A stretch of 63,340 bases of DNA, counting the filler, from Saprolegnia diclina VS20 (lineage: Eukaryota), in assembly GCF_000281045.1 (NCBI RefSeq). It is 5 parts of 2 records of this genome, joined end to end, with 100 filler letters (N's around TTAATTAATTAA, not from the genome) between each part and the next. Parts side by side here need not be neighbours in the genome. Positions count along the whole stretch, not along the records: positions 39,285 to 56,112 come from NW_008246201.1; positions 56,213 to 63,340 come from NW_008246201.1; 3 more parts are not named here. One strand, given 5' to 3'. Under the pieces are notes generated by a model that worked only from the letters and a program-made list of their open reading frames with translations, was not told the origin of the DNA and did no database searches. Shown one piece after another: positions 48,496 through 61,383 of this stretch. The stretch's first letter is position 1; each line of letters starts with the position of its first letter. The position numbers and the translations under genes were made by a program.

Positions 48496-49505
48496 TCGCT
48501 ACAATATTGTCCTCCCTGCCATCGTGCCGTCCCTGTCTACAGAACTAGTCCCGTTCTGCTACTTGAAGTAATAAAAAATGTGGTTAATACCTTCGAGACG
48601 TTTTCTGAAGCGCGTCGACGCCGCGGTACGAACGCATCGTTCGCGCTGCATTGCCGCAGCTGCATTGTTGTGCCGCTCTCTACTATACCATACTACGAAC
48701 CGATGACAGCAGCTCGTTCGTTAATTCGCTCGTGCGTTCGATTGTTCGTCGAGTGGTCGTGTGGGCAGGAAAAGGCGGAGCATCGCGGCTTGGACCGCGC
48801 GATGCCGAGTCTCTCGACAGCTTTCGGAAACACGTACTGTCGGACTTAACAGTTCTTGAACACGAGTCGTGTTTGCATTCACACAGCACGCACCATGAAA
48901 GCTCTACACTGTAGTGATGCTACCATCGCGAATGTCGCACTTGGTCAGGGAGTCTTCCAGTGACGCGAGGCGTACTACTGCCATCGACCAATAATGGCCA
49001 TCGAAACTGCGCGCAATTCGCCCATCCCGCTCTGTGACGAGGAGCTTTGGCGCTTCTTAGATCGCAATCAACGGCGCACCCAGGTGCAGCGGATACCCAA
49101 GTGGCGCGTTTTTGAGCCACCGTTCCTTGAAGCCGTCGATCACAGCCTCTCGGTCCCAGCTTCCCGCGCACGCGAATTGCACGGCGTGTAAAAGCACTGC
49201 AGTGGATTCCTGTACGACATTTCGATATCCTACGGACGACGAGGTACGAGTGACAAGGTCCACTGTCGCTCATGCAACTCGGCTGTAAATGGACTCTCTC
49301 TGGCGTGTGGAAAGCGGGATCCGTAGCTGCATTGCGCGTCGGATGAGCAAGTGCAACTTGGAACGATCAACGAATCTCAGTGTACACGGCCGGCTCGCGT
49401 GGCGTCAGACCGGCTGGCGCACTGCTTGAACCGCTCCGTACGTCCCTGCGTACATATCTATCGTATGCACAGAAATCGAGGTCGTCATTTTTGGTTTTGA
49501 GACTC

Positions 49506-50758
49506 ATGGCACGCATGCACAAGCTACACTCGACGACGCTCCTCGGCGACGACGACGACCCACGGACGCTCAAGGACGTTGCCCACGAGAATCTCGACCG
49601 CCTCTTGCGCCGCAGTCGCGACGAACCGTGGGTGTGTGTCAAAGCCACGCCGGGCTTGCATCTTTTTCGTGACCAAAGCGGCAGTACGTACCAAGCCGCA
49701 ACGGTCGTCGACGCGTCCATGGACGAACTCAAAGCGTTTGTGTCGCTTGTGACCACGGAAGAAATGCGCGCCAACATTGGCCAGCACATGTACCAAGATG
49801 TTTTGGACAGCAACATTTTGCATGCGGTCGCCGCCGACGAGCGCATCTTTGTGCGCTGGCTCGCCTTTGCGTGTCCGTCGCCGATGCGGAACCGCGATCT
49901 CTGCGTCTTGGAGGCCCACGACGACGTCGTCTTGCCAACCGGACGCCACGCGTATGTCATTTCGCAGCACTCGGTGCCATTTGCGCCATGCCCCGACAAC
50001 GAAGCGACGCTCAACGTTGTGCGGGCGTCCATCGCGAACTCCGGGTACGTCCTTCCATGTTGACGTTAGAAACTGAGTGGTATGTAGTCTTATTGTATCA
50101 GAAACGGGCACGCCGGGCCAGTGCCGCGTCCAGCTTTTCCTCAGCTTGGACCTCCAAGGGCGCGGGCCGCAATGGCTCTCCAAGCGCTTCATGCTCAATC
50201 GCGTCGCACGGCTTCAGTCGCTGCACGCTGCCGTGGCCAACCTCCGCCGCGCCAAGATGTCGATATGCGGTGACTTTGCGGTACACAGTTGATTTTGACG
50301 TTGGGATATGTCGGCCTTTGGGTTTGACGCTCGGGTGTAGATGTATGGTGACAACCAAAGCGAGTGCGGTCGCTGCCACAAGCGCTTCCAGAACTCGTTT
50401 TCATTGAAACGCCGCCTCTTTCAATGCACGTCGTGCTGCCACGTAGGATGCGATTATGCTGCTCACCCATGTGACTTATGTAACGCTATGATAGACGTTT
50501 TGCCGCCAGTGTACGGTGGACGCCTCGAAAGGTCGCAAGTGCCATGCGTGCTGGGGGGCCTCGACGGGCGGCTGCTTTCGGAGTCCGTACCCGTCGTCCG
50601 GTCCGAGCGGGTACGATGTCGGGATGGCGTCGCCGTGTCGTCAGTACAGTCCCAACGTAACGCGGCAGCAGCTCCAACAGTGGATACACCCGGCGTGGGT
50701 GCCCGACGTGCCCGAGCTGGACGTTGACTGGCTCGGACCCTTGCCCATCTCGAAATAA
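49506..50758 (+). CDS. START-like + degenerate FYVE protein, tandem copy 3
   Basis: VRWLAFACPSPMRNRDLCVLE, NSG|intron; CGRC...KRRLFQCTSCCH..CRQC...KCHAC. Confidence 0.78.
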
Positions 50759-51736
50759 TTCATTATGCACCGCGAAGGAGGCTAATAGAAACTACTAGAA
50801 TGTATATACATATGTATGAAGGTGTCACCGGCTCCACGTACATTCCAGATAGGGACGTGTGAAATAGTCGTCGGACAACAAACGCACGTTGTAGCTCGTC
50901 GTCGTCACTTACTTGAGGACGTTGAGCGGTTGCTGGCGCGGTCGTCCTTCAAATATTCAACCGCAGAGCGTGACGCAGCGCCTGCAGTGCAACGCGCTCG
51001 GTGGCACCAACATGGCGCGGCGGTATAGAGCATGCAGGTATGATTCTAGCCATGCAGATACTAGTGGGTAGTGATTGCTACTGAGAGCGAGGACAGTCGC
51101 GCTCTTCGTTGAGTTCCTGAACCAGCGTCGTGACGTGCGCACGCGTTTTGATGTCAACACGCCCCGAAATGAGCTGGGTATTCTGTCCTGTACCAAGTTT
51201 AGTAGAAGGGCGACCGCCTGTATGGCAAAGCAAGCGCCGCTGCCTTCGCACAGGCGTCGTATTTCGCTGCTGTGGTAGCGTTGGACCGTTTCCTGTTGCA
51301 TGAGAATGGCACTCTGCGTTCGTGATAGTAATCGGGTCAACGTCAAAGACACGCAACGCGCAAGCTTGAACTCGCAGGCATTTCGCCGACCGATAGGGTG
51401 AGGCGCGTGGCCTGCACGCAAAGCATGTACAGAGCAGTTTGGCTACAAAAAAGAAAGCATCGCCGGCGATGTAGCTTGAGGCTGCTTCGACCGCAGCGTG
51501 GACGTCCCACTGTGCTACTTGCCTCAACGGATGGGGACTTCACGTTTTTGTGCGCCTGTCGTCCATGCCTTCTTCAGAATCAGTCACTGGCAACTTCAGG
51601 AGGAGCCAAGGCAACAGATGACGACGCCTACATATCCTTCACTGGCCTCATCACGCACCGTGTCCAACTCCACGAAGTGAGCACCGGACCCATCGCTTCT
51701 TTTCCGACCAAATTCCCACATCTTTTATTTCTTCCC

Positions 51737-53217
51737 ATGGCCAACACGACGCCGCCGTCCTCGGCCAATAGCCCGCGCACGACGCTCTCGAGCTCCAAAT
51801 TTCGCTACGAAGCGCTCTCGGCACAAGAGACCAAGTACTTGGAGTCGCTCGCCGAAACCAACGTCCGTCAGCTCTGTGATGCGCAGACGGCGTTCTACGA
51901 CGCCAAGCTCTGGCCATGCGTACGCGAGTCACCTAGTGTTCGCCTCTTTCAAGGCCCGCCTGCCAACAACGACGCGGCGACAACGCCATTCCGGGCCTCG
52001 ACCACGCTCCACGCCTCGTTCCAAGAACTCACCGCGCTCCTCACAAAGTCGACGATCGAGCCGGGCCAGTTGCCGTTCAAGCAGCCCCACGACGGCGTCG
52101 TCGACAGCGCAATCGTGCTCGAGATTCCGTCGGCGCTCGCGCATCGACGCATCTTTGTGCGATGGATGGCTATCGAGTGTTTGAAACCGCTGCGAAACCG
52201 TGACTTTTGCCTCCTCGAGGTCCACGATACCGTGCTCTTGCCGACGGGGGCCCGCGCGTTTGTCATTTCCCAGCACTCGATCCGCCTCCATGAAGCGTGC
52301 CCCGACATGGAAGGCTCAATCGGCCTTGTCCGCGGCTCCCTGTACAACTCGGGGTTCGATTTTTTTTCCATTTTTTGCATTTTGGGCTTAGACGTCGTTA
52401 GGTTTGTGGTGATGGAAACCTCCGTCCACAGCGTCCTCGAAGTGCGTGCGATCGTCGACATGGATCTAAAAGGGCGCGTGCCGTCTTTTCTGCATACGCG
52501 CATTGTGCGTCAGCGCGCGGCGCGACTCCAAACGATCCACCGCTCGATTCAAGTGTCGCGACTCAAACACGGTCATCCCACCGAGGTACTCCATACCTGC
52601 CTTGTGTGGCTCCAATAGTGAACCAATGCACTAGGTCAAGGTCCAGCGTGAGAGCCGCAGTCACTGCGCCGGCTGCCACAAAAGCTTTCAAACGTTCTTT
52701 CGGCAATGGCACCGCAAACACAACTGCGCCATCTGCGGCGAGGTAAGTGTCTTGTCTTGATCGACTGCAGTGTACTCATTCATTTACTGTGCCGGTGTAG
52801 ATCTTTTGCCGTCACTGCACGCAGAGCTGTACGGCCGAGCCCACGAAGCGCGTCTGCAATGCGTGCGTCGGCTCCATGGTCGAGTATACACTTCGCAGTC
52901 CGTTCACACACCCAAGTGCCGAGGTGGAGGGCGCATCGTCGCTCTTTGAAGATGACTTTGAGAGCACTATCGTCGATCCCAAGCAAAGTCGGCAGTACCA
53001 CCCGTGCACGATGCGGGAAAACCTCCTCCAGCTGATCGAGCCTCCCGTCTCCGAGCGTCGGCGCCGCCCCGTCTCGATGAAGTCACCGGACGTCACGCTC
53101 GAAGCTCTGCGCATGGAGTACGGAAGCACCCCGAGTGTCGAAGCACGTACAGTTCTCTTCCCCAACAACGGCGACGACCTCTACCTCTCGATCATCGACC
53201 ACGATGGGCGGTGCTGA
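51737..53217 (+). CDS. START-like + FYVE protein, tandem copy 4
   Basis: VRWMAIECLKPLRNRDFCLLE, NSG|intron; CAGC...HRKHNCAICGE|IFCRHC...RVCNAC. Confidence 0.83.
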
Positions 53218-55104
53218 CGTAAGTCGACTCGCGTAGTGTAGACCCTAACTTTTAACATGTCGTGGTGGAGCGTACTGCAACCATTCCACGTTTCTGGTGG
53301 CTTTGCCAGTACAAAACAAGGCGTAGAGAGGTGGCTACAAGGTCGTACTTCCGTGACCAATTCTACTCGTATGTAGGTGCCAGGGCTCCATCGTCGATCG
53401 GTTTTCCCAGCACCGAGTCGACCGCCCACTTCGGTCGACTTTGCCACGGCTGTAGCTGTTCCCTCACCATTCATACAGAGCGAAAAACCATTTTGTTGCA
53501 TACTTAGGATGAATACGAGTTGTAGACTATACTCTGATGGTACGAACCTCGCCCGAATGCTGAAAGAGCTGGCGATTGAAATGCTTATCATTCCGTTCAG
53601 TGAGTGCTGAGTTGTTACATGTGAGACTGCCAACAGCAACTTGTGGTGTCACTGGACCCTTGCTCATCTCCACAACAAAGGATCCGACTACCTGTACTCT
53701 GGTACCGGTACTCTGGTAGGAACCTTATGTGTGGTAACCCACTCGCTGCCACTGCTGTACCGCAAGTGGCGGAGAATGCATCGACTGGCGTCGGTGTCGC
53801 GGGATGATGTAATTAAGAAAATGTGATGAATACTAAACTTACAAGCACCCATGCGGCTATCACACGAGCTGATGGGGACCAGTTTTATCTGCAACTCAAC
53901 GTGGCGGCCGATTCGTGGCGTTGCTGTACGTTTCGAACCGCGCGGTGATTGGGTCAATTGAGCTTGATACAAGAATTAAAGCCAATCAGCACACAGCACG
54001 TCAACCATGCAGATATATTGGCCTAGGCAAGTCACTTCCCGATGCCAACCGAGGCGCGAGAATGCCTCTTCTTCTCGAGCCATTGTATATCGGCTGTGCG
54101 AGCATTTGGCTTCAAAAATGTGTGAGCTTGCAGTGTGCGCCCACCCAAGAGTCCGATCAGTGAAACTGATAGGCCAACATCAACATCGACGGAGATAATA
54201 CTGTCCCATCGACTAGCTTCATCGCTAATGGATGCACTACGGCGTCAACAAAAATTTGCAATGGGAGTAAGTCGGCAGCTCCAATGTGATCGCGGATGAC
54301 CACCGCGCACGACAGCCTAGCGTGCGCTGCCGCGTTCCTTCGGCAAAGTGTACTGTTGGGGGATAGGTCAAGTACCGAAAACGACCCACGAAACAAACGA
54401 TTACAAGGTGCCACCACGGACGTTTTTGCGAGCTCTTCAGCTCCTTCATTACGTGTGTAGCGCTCGGTCCCAACCAAGTTTCTCTTGCAGCGCGGAATGA
54501 TTCGCTCGAACCCAACCAAATCCCACAAACACGAAGACGTTGCTCTCCGACCTACAATACAATCGATACCAAGCAAAGGCAAGGGCGTAGCTTAGCCACT
54601 TGGACGGCTGGTTAGCATCCAAGATCAGCGCCGATTGCTTGATATGATAGCAACAACTTTTGCATGCGAATAACGCTTCTCATGGTACCGTACAGAATGG
54701 TATCTCTGCACGCTGGTGACGTTTTGTGCATAGGGGCATTTGGGTCCTTGGTCTCCCTCCACGTTGTAGCCATCTCGATGAGATGGCACCTTGTCGATTG
54801 CCAGCTTCGGCCAAACAATGTTGTCCCAAAAACCGACAGTTTGGGGTAAAGAGGCTTGAGCACGATGTCGGACTCCGCGCGATTCATTTAACATCTAAGA
54901 GTGGCCAGATCTGGACACGAGCATGACCACTGATACGAGCGTGTTGCGTGGTGTTGGTACTAGTACCTGACTACGTGAGCCCCGTTGAATATAACTCCTT
55001 TGGCGTCGAAATTTGAACACAGATGAGAGACTTGACCTCCAAAGGGTCGTGTTGCGTCTAATGTTGCGTCGCCCGTGGCGTAACATCTTTGCTATCGCGT
55101 CTGG

Positions 55105-55804
55105 CTACGACGCTGTTACGGTGCAGCCCCAAATCGCGAGGAGCTCTCGACCGCGACGAGGCTTGATGCTATTCGAAGGCTCGATCGTCGCTTGCAGCGT
55201 CAAGCCCGCCGGCTCCAGAATAGCCTTGTAGTCTTGGAGCGAGAGCTCGTAGGGCGGTCCGGCTTTTCGCATCGCACCATGCTCGGCCACATACGGGAAG
55301 AGCAGCGTGAGGAGTACGCCGGATGTCGGGTGCAAAAGGGCTTTGAACTGCGCAGCAGCGCGACCGCGCATCTCTGGCTCGATCGCAGCAAAGAAGAGGT
55401 AGTCGTACACCAAGTCAAACGGCTCGGGCTCGCTGTAATTGAAGAAGTCGGTGACGCGGACGTTGTCGCCAACGACGGCGCGGGCTTTGGCGACGGCCGT
55501 CGGCGAGATATCGAGGCCTGTCGCCGCCCAGCCCTGCTTTTGCAGATGTAGAATGTCATAGCCAGAGCCACAGCCGGGCACGAGGGCGCGGCCGCCTCGC
55601 TTCTCGACGTGGGCAAGGCCCTCGACGAAGGACGGGTTCACGCCCTGAAGCTCCCACGGCGTGACCTGCTGTGTCCACGCGGTCTCCCAGTCGCGACCAA
55701 CTTTGTCAAAGAAGCCGCTAGTAGAGCCAGCATGAGCCGCGTTAGCGTAGCGCAACTTACCGAGCCCCGAGGGCCGGCCGGTGCCAGCTGCGGCGCAGGG
55801 CCAT
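55105..55804 (-). CDS. Thiol/halide methyltransferase of the TPMT/HOL family (intron 55718-55760)
   Basis: W..AW...TPWE, RALVPGCGSGYD, GLDIS, DFF, FDLVYDYLFFAAI.P.MR, GPPY. Removing the GTAAG...CTAAC...TAG intron joins ATG 55804 in frame. Confidence 0.88.
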
Positions 55805-56112
55805 CTCGCTCGAATGTGACTTGTATCCGTAACTCGTGCATGTATCCGGAATTCATCCTTGAAGTTGGAGGTGGACCAACTTGAACATAACTTTTGGGGG
55901 CGCCATTTCGGTGGTCCGCGCCGAGTTATCGGCGTCCATCTGCAGACAAGATATGGCCATGCGGCGGTACAAAGATGCCAGAAATCGTGTCTCTATACAA
56001 ATGTAAGATGCTGGGTGCGCCTGTCGGTCGCTTACCGCTCCCGGTGCATGGACACTTGCGGAAGCGCAATCAGGGGCGCTGATCGTGCCAGGTTCGTGCC
56101 TGTCTCGAGCAC

Positions 56113-56212
56113 NNNNNNNNNNNNNNNNNNNNNNNNNNNNNNNNNNNNNNNNNNNNTTAATTAATTAANNNNNNNNNNNNNNNNNNNNNNNNNNNNNNNN
56201 NNNNNNNNNNNN
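56113..56212. other. Artificial contig spacer
   Basis: 44 N + TTAATTAATTAA + 44 N. Confidence 0.95.

Positions 56213-56247
<35 letters not shown>
56213..56247. repeat. (TAGA)n microsatellite at a contig end
   Basis: About 8 perfect TAGA units next to the spacer. Confidence 0.95.
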
Positions 56248-56248
<1 letters not shown>

Positions 56249-56625
56249 GGGGGTGTCGATCGGCGTGCATTCACTCAACTCTTCGGCTTGATGCAGGAAG
56301 CCAAAAAGTGATAGCACCGTACATGGACGAGACGTACGAGCAGTGAACAGCGCATACAAATGCCAAGATAATTGTTCACGATTCCTTGTACAGTGTACGG
56401 CGAATGTACGGCCATTTGGACATAAAACGGCACCAGCTGGTGCATCCATCAATTTATGGGGTACCCCAAATACTATTTAGGTACCCTGGTTTCCACATTG
56501 CATACTGAAAGCAAGATGATGGAGGGACCCATAAAACAATTTTGCACTGGGCCCGATTAAAAATCGAGACAGATGCAGCGCACTCTCGACCAAGTGCCAC
56601 AACCATCACCGAGCGCAGCAGCGAG

Positions 56626-57871
56626 ATGGACACGGCCGCCACCAGCTACTGGGCGCAGGTGCGTACGCCGTATGAAGACAGCACATCGCACAGAGTTGAG
56701 TAGCACGCAGAGCTTAAGGCGGCGCACCACGACAGCGCAATCCAAGTCTTCCAGTCGTTCCACAAGACGCTGCAGCAGTGGCATGGCACGGACGAGCAGC
56801 GCGCCAAGCTCGAGCGGCTCATCAAGTACGCACACCGCGCCTTCCTGCGATGCCTGATGACCATGCGATCTCTAGGTACGTCGAGTATTGCGTCGAAGTG
56901 CTCGACGACGACACCACGTGCCGGGGCCACGAGGACCTTGATCGCGTCCACAAGTACATTCACAGCATCGTGCTGCCGTACCTGAGCAAACTGCACGTCG
57001 AAGAAGTATCATTTGGGCGCAAAGCGTCATCTGCGTCGTACGTGTCGATGACAACGACAGCCAGCAGCACAGCCGATGGCACGCTGCACCCCACGACGAC
57101 AACGACAACATGGGCCGACGACAGCGCATCCTTTGGCAGCAGTAGCTCACGCCCCGACACATCCGACCTCTACTGGCTACAAGTACGTCCTGTCAAATGT
57201 ATTTCTCGTCATCCCATGCACTCGTTTGGCGTAGCTGGCAGGACTCAAAGACAAGTACGAGGCCGATGTTCTCACCGTGTGTTCGGCGCTCCGGCAGCAC
57301 TTGACGGACCGCGGCCGTGACGCGACGTCGTCGCTGCAAGAGATCGAGCACTGCGCCGCCGTCTTGACCGAAGACCGCAGTACCCATATAGCGCGATCGC
57401 TCGAAGAGCTGGAGCGTGTCTGGCAGTCCATTGATCGGGTCGTGCTGCCCTACACGAGTGTTCTGAACGTGCCAACGACGTTGACAAGCGACTCGGTGCA
57501 GGACGACAAGTCAACGACGCCGTACTGGCGAGAGGTACACTATCTCTTTTGCTTGTTGGGGATTCTAGATGCAGCTGTAGCATGCGATGCTCTGCGCCAC
57601 GTACCGCCACGATGTGCTTGCCGTCGAGCACGCCTACGAGACGTATGTGACCCATATGAACGACCCGATGCATGAAGCCAAGAAGGACCGCGTGCGTCGA
57701 CTTCTCGAGCGGGTTCAGTGGGTCCGCAGTGTGCTGGACGAAGATGCCGAGACGGCCAACGAACGCTCGATGGAAGAGCTTGAGCTGGTGTATAGCTACA
57801 TCCTCAAGTACGTCTCGCCGTATCTCAACAAAGCAGCAGCCAAGGAAGCAATCGCACCACCGTCGACATAA
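56626..57871 (+). CDS. Hypothetical protein with three helical repeats (exons 56626-56658, 56704-56825, 56876-57182, 57235-57534, 57581-57871)
   Basis: Four GT-AG introns splice to one open frame. Each repeat starts YWx(Q/E) and ends L..V..(Y/S)I...V.PY. Confidence 0.72.
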
Positions 57872-58257
57872 CACGAAATGGACATGTTGTCGTAGCTACT
57901 GGAGACCGCTACTGTCTGTAGAAAGAAGCGCCATGGATCGGTTGGGCTCGATGGTCGGAAGATACGTTATCGCCTGATTGGTGGATATACGGCCGAATTG
58001 GCCAATCCGAGGCGCTAGAGTCCCGGGATTAGCTAAAATGGCGACGAATTCCACCAATCCTTGCTTCCCATTGAGAAGGAGGGCGATCCTGTCGAGTGAG
58101 CTTACTAGTACTTGATTTGGTGGGCCATCGAACCATTGAAGTCTTATGTTGCTCATGTATAGGTAGACAAGCATGCATTACGCAGCGTATATAGTTACAA
58201 GTAGATAGACTATTGAAGACGAGAGACGACACGCAGTCCTTGCACCAATTGCATGCC

Positions 58258-59220
58258 TTAGTTGGCGCCGGGGAGGCACTGCGAGAACCACGGACCGCTG
58301 GCGACGCACGAGTCATCTTTGCTGCACTCGGTGCTGCCCGTGTAGTACAAGCCGCCGCACTGGCCGTAGCGAGTCACTTGGCCCTTGTTGTTCGAGTAGG
58401 GCATGCACTGCGAGTACGTCAACGAGAGGCTCGTGCACTGGAACCCGTTGACGCACTTGGTGTTGCCACTGTAGCCGGCGCCACCGCATTGCTTCCAGCC
58501 TTGAATCGGATCGTTCGGGTTCACGGACGGGCTCGGCGTCGGGCTAACCGATGGACGCGGCGACGGGCGAGGCGACGGGTACTCGGGCGTCGGGCTCGGC
58601 GAAGGTCCCGATGATCCGCTGGGGCTGGGGCTCGGGTTCGGGTTGGGGCCAGGACCCGGCGCCACGCCGCTGAGGTTGACGCAGTTTTTGTACACTTGCC
58701 ACTCTGGTGTATGCAACGCGAGCCAGAGCATCGTCAGTCGCTTCGCCCCAGAGCACTTGGACGTGTCGATCGACATAAAGCCATCGGGGACATTGGCGGC
58801 GCAGTTGTCATCCTGGAAGACGCGCGTCTCGTCGCACCAGAGCTCGCACGGTCCTTGGTGCGACGAAATGAAGCCTTCTTGGCCGTTGGCCCACTTGACG
58901 GTGCTCGGCAACGGTTGCGCCGGGCCGTTGGAATCAGTAATACCGCAGTCGCCGCCGGTCGGGTACGCGTCCAAAAAGGCCTTGAGCGTTTTGAACGAGC
59001 TGGCCTTGAAGTGCTTGGTGAACTGGTCCGTGTTCCAGTCCGGGCCTTGTTCGTACGAGCTGCCGGGAAGCACCGTGGGTCCATTCAAAGTGGCAGCAAA
59101 CTTGGACGGGTCACCGTACTTGTCCGTGAACGCGGGTACGGGGTCCACGAGGTGGCCGTGGCCGACAACCGACTGCAGCGAGGCCGCAAGAAGCAGCGTC
59201 GTCGAGAGAAGCAGTAGCAT
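58258..59220 (-). CDS. Secreted AA17-like lytic polysaccharide monooxygenase with two CBM1 domains
   Basis: Signal peptide ending VVG|HGHL (His1), SHQGPCELWCD, WLALHTPEWQVYKNC, Pro/Ser linker, two QCGG..Y.G...C.....C......SQC modules. Confidence 0.85.
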   Translation of the reverse strand: MLLLLSTTLLLAASLQSVVGHGHLVDPVPAFTDKYGDPSKFAATLNGPTVLPGSSYEQGPDWNTDQFTKHFKASSFKTLKAFLDAYPTGGDCGITDSNGPAQPLPSTVKWANGQEGFISSHQGPCELWCDETRVFQDDNCAANVPDGFMSIDTSKCSGAKRLTMLWLALHTPEWQVYKNCVNLSGVAPGPGPNPNPSPSPSGSSGPSPSPTPEYPSPRPSPRPSVSPTPSPSVNPNDPIQGWKQCGGAGYSGNTKCVNGFQCTSLSLTYSQCMPYSNNKGQVTRYGQCGGLYYTGSTECSKDDSCVASGPWFSQCLPGAN

Positions 59221-61383
59221 CGCGCTTGTTGTAGCAAAGGGAAAAGGCAAAGTGACTCGAGCAAAGTCGCTCGCGGTGCTGGAACCGACTGCTTGTCAAT
59301 GACGGGTTACTCACAAGATGGGCTGGTTCGAATGCATCGCCGTCGAACGTGGCAAGGCTCGAAGGGTTGATCGATGATAGGGCAAGGTCTCTGTCTTCGT
59401 CTCGAGGAACGTCCCAATCGGTCGCATTCCGTTCGGATGCGCAAGAGGCCCTGAGGTGCGTCAAATGAGCTCGAGTCGAGCCCAGGAGCTAGAAGTTTGA
59501 TGGCTCCTGTCTATTTGAAAACGACGCTAATACTAGGTTGGCATGGTTGTTGACATAGATGTCGAGGATGTCACCGTACGGTATCATGGGCAACATACAT
59601 TCCGGTTTGGAATGATATGAATCGTGCAATGTGGTCGGTGCGAAGGACGGTCGACGGTCAGTTGGTGGGTTCGTATACCACCACCACTGGATGCTAGCGT
59701 TGGGTCTCAGACGCAGCACTGCGTTGGAGCATCGTTTTGGCCATGACGGCTGGTTTCGAGTCACACGAAGGAGTTCGATTTCGAAGCCTGTCGGTGAGGA
59801 ACTTGTGCACGGTGCATTCGAACGCGCCGTCGCATCTCGCCCACTGACACCACCCGCCGGCAAAGTCGTTTGGATCTTAGTTGACTCGCAGTTGAAGGCG
59901 TCGGCCAACCGCAGACAGTAGATCGTGTGTACGTATTGCGTTCGGGTGGTAGAAATAGCTGTGTGTCGGTCGTGTTGGAATATTGAGCTGGCTGCCGGTC
60001 AAGCGACGTTGGGTGCTGTCGCTCGCTCGCTGCTTGCGCGCTACGGTGGGCTAATCGCACATTTCCCATTGTAGTGCGCATGCACCCATCGGTAAACGGC
60101 AATTTGGGGCCGATCAACAGCTTCCCACGACAACGAGGCCTGCCTGACTTGAGTTTTCCCTTTACGACTTTGCATTTTGCCGACAGCGCTGACGAAGAAG
60201 GGATTCTGGTTGGAGTGAAAGCCGTTAGGCTCTACACCAGGGGGAACCACGATCTCAATCATGGCGTCGCTGAAAAGTACCGGCGTCATGATTGGACTGC
60301 AATGGAATCGGGACACCCGAGCTGGCCGTTGCCGGGCCTCTCTACAAGTGTAAACCATTGGATGGCGACTTGTCAGATATGATCGAGAAACTGATAGGCG
60401 CCAGGCGTGCGTCGAATGACCGCGCACTGTCCGTCTAATGCACGGGACGTCGTGAGCCCGACGTAGTCGTTGACAAGGCGTTGGTTGTCCGGGTCGGACC
60501 ACTCGCTCTGTGGTGGCGGTCTTATGTGCACGATGTACTGATGCTGCAGTAGAGGTTGCCGGGCCTTGAACACACTGCCCGCCAATTCCAATTCGTCGTC
60601 ACTTCGCGCCGCCTCGTTATCTGGTCACGGCTGCGCTACGCGCCATGGTGCTGGTAACCTGCTCGCGCAGGATGCGNNNNNNNNNNNNNNNNNNNNNNNN
60701 NNNNNNNNNNNNNNNNNNNNNNNNNNNNNNNNNNNNNNNNNNNNNNNNNNNNNNNNNNNNNNNNNNNNNNNNNNNNNNNNNNNNNNNNNNNNNNNNNNNN
60801 NNNNNNNNNNNNNNNNNNNNNNNNNNNNNNNNNNNNNNNNNNNNNNNNNNNNNNNNNNNNNNNNNNNNNNNNNNNNNNNNNNNNNNNNNNNNNNNNNNNN
60901 NNNNNNNNNNNNNNNNNNNNNNNNNNNNNNNNNNNNNNNNNNNNNNNNNNNNNNNNNNNNNNNNNNNNNNNNNNNNNNNNNNNNNNNNNNNNNNNNNNNN
61001 NNNNNNNNNNNNNNNNNNNNNNNNNNNNNNNNNNNNNNNNNNNNNNNNNNNNNNNNNNNNNNNNNNNNNNNNNNNNNNNNNNNNNNNNNNNNNNNNNNNN
61101 NNNNNNNNNNNNNNNNNNNNNNNNNNNNNNNNNNNNNNNNNNNNNNNNNNNNNNNNNNNNNNNNNNNNNNNNNNNNNNNNNNNNNNNNNNNNNNNNNNNN
61201 NNNNNNNNNNNNNNNNNNNNNNNNNNNNNNNNNNNNNNNNNNNNNNNNNNNNNNNNNNNNNNNNNNNNNNNNNNNNNNNNNNNNNNNNNNNNNNNNNNNN
61301 NNNNNNNNNNNNNNNNNNNNNNNNNNNNNNNNNNNNNNNNNGGCGTAGCACGTGTACACTAATGGCTAGCATATACATGCGAA

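Noticed and set aside
27238..55804. Two methyltransferases as a biosynthetic cluster
   Set aside because: About 27 kb apart across two artificial joins, with no core synthase between them.
59300..59350. GGTTCGAAT as a tRNA T-loop
   Set aside because: No T-stem, D-arm or cloverleaf can be formed.
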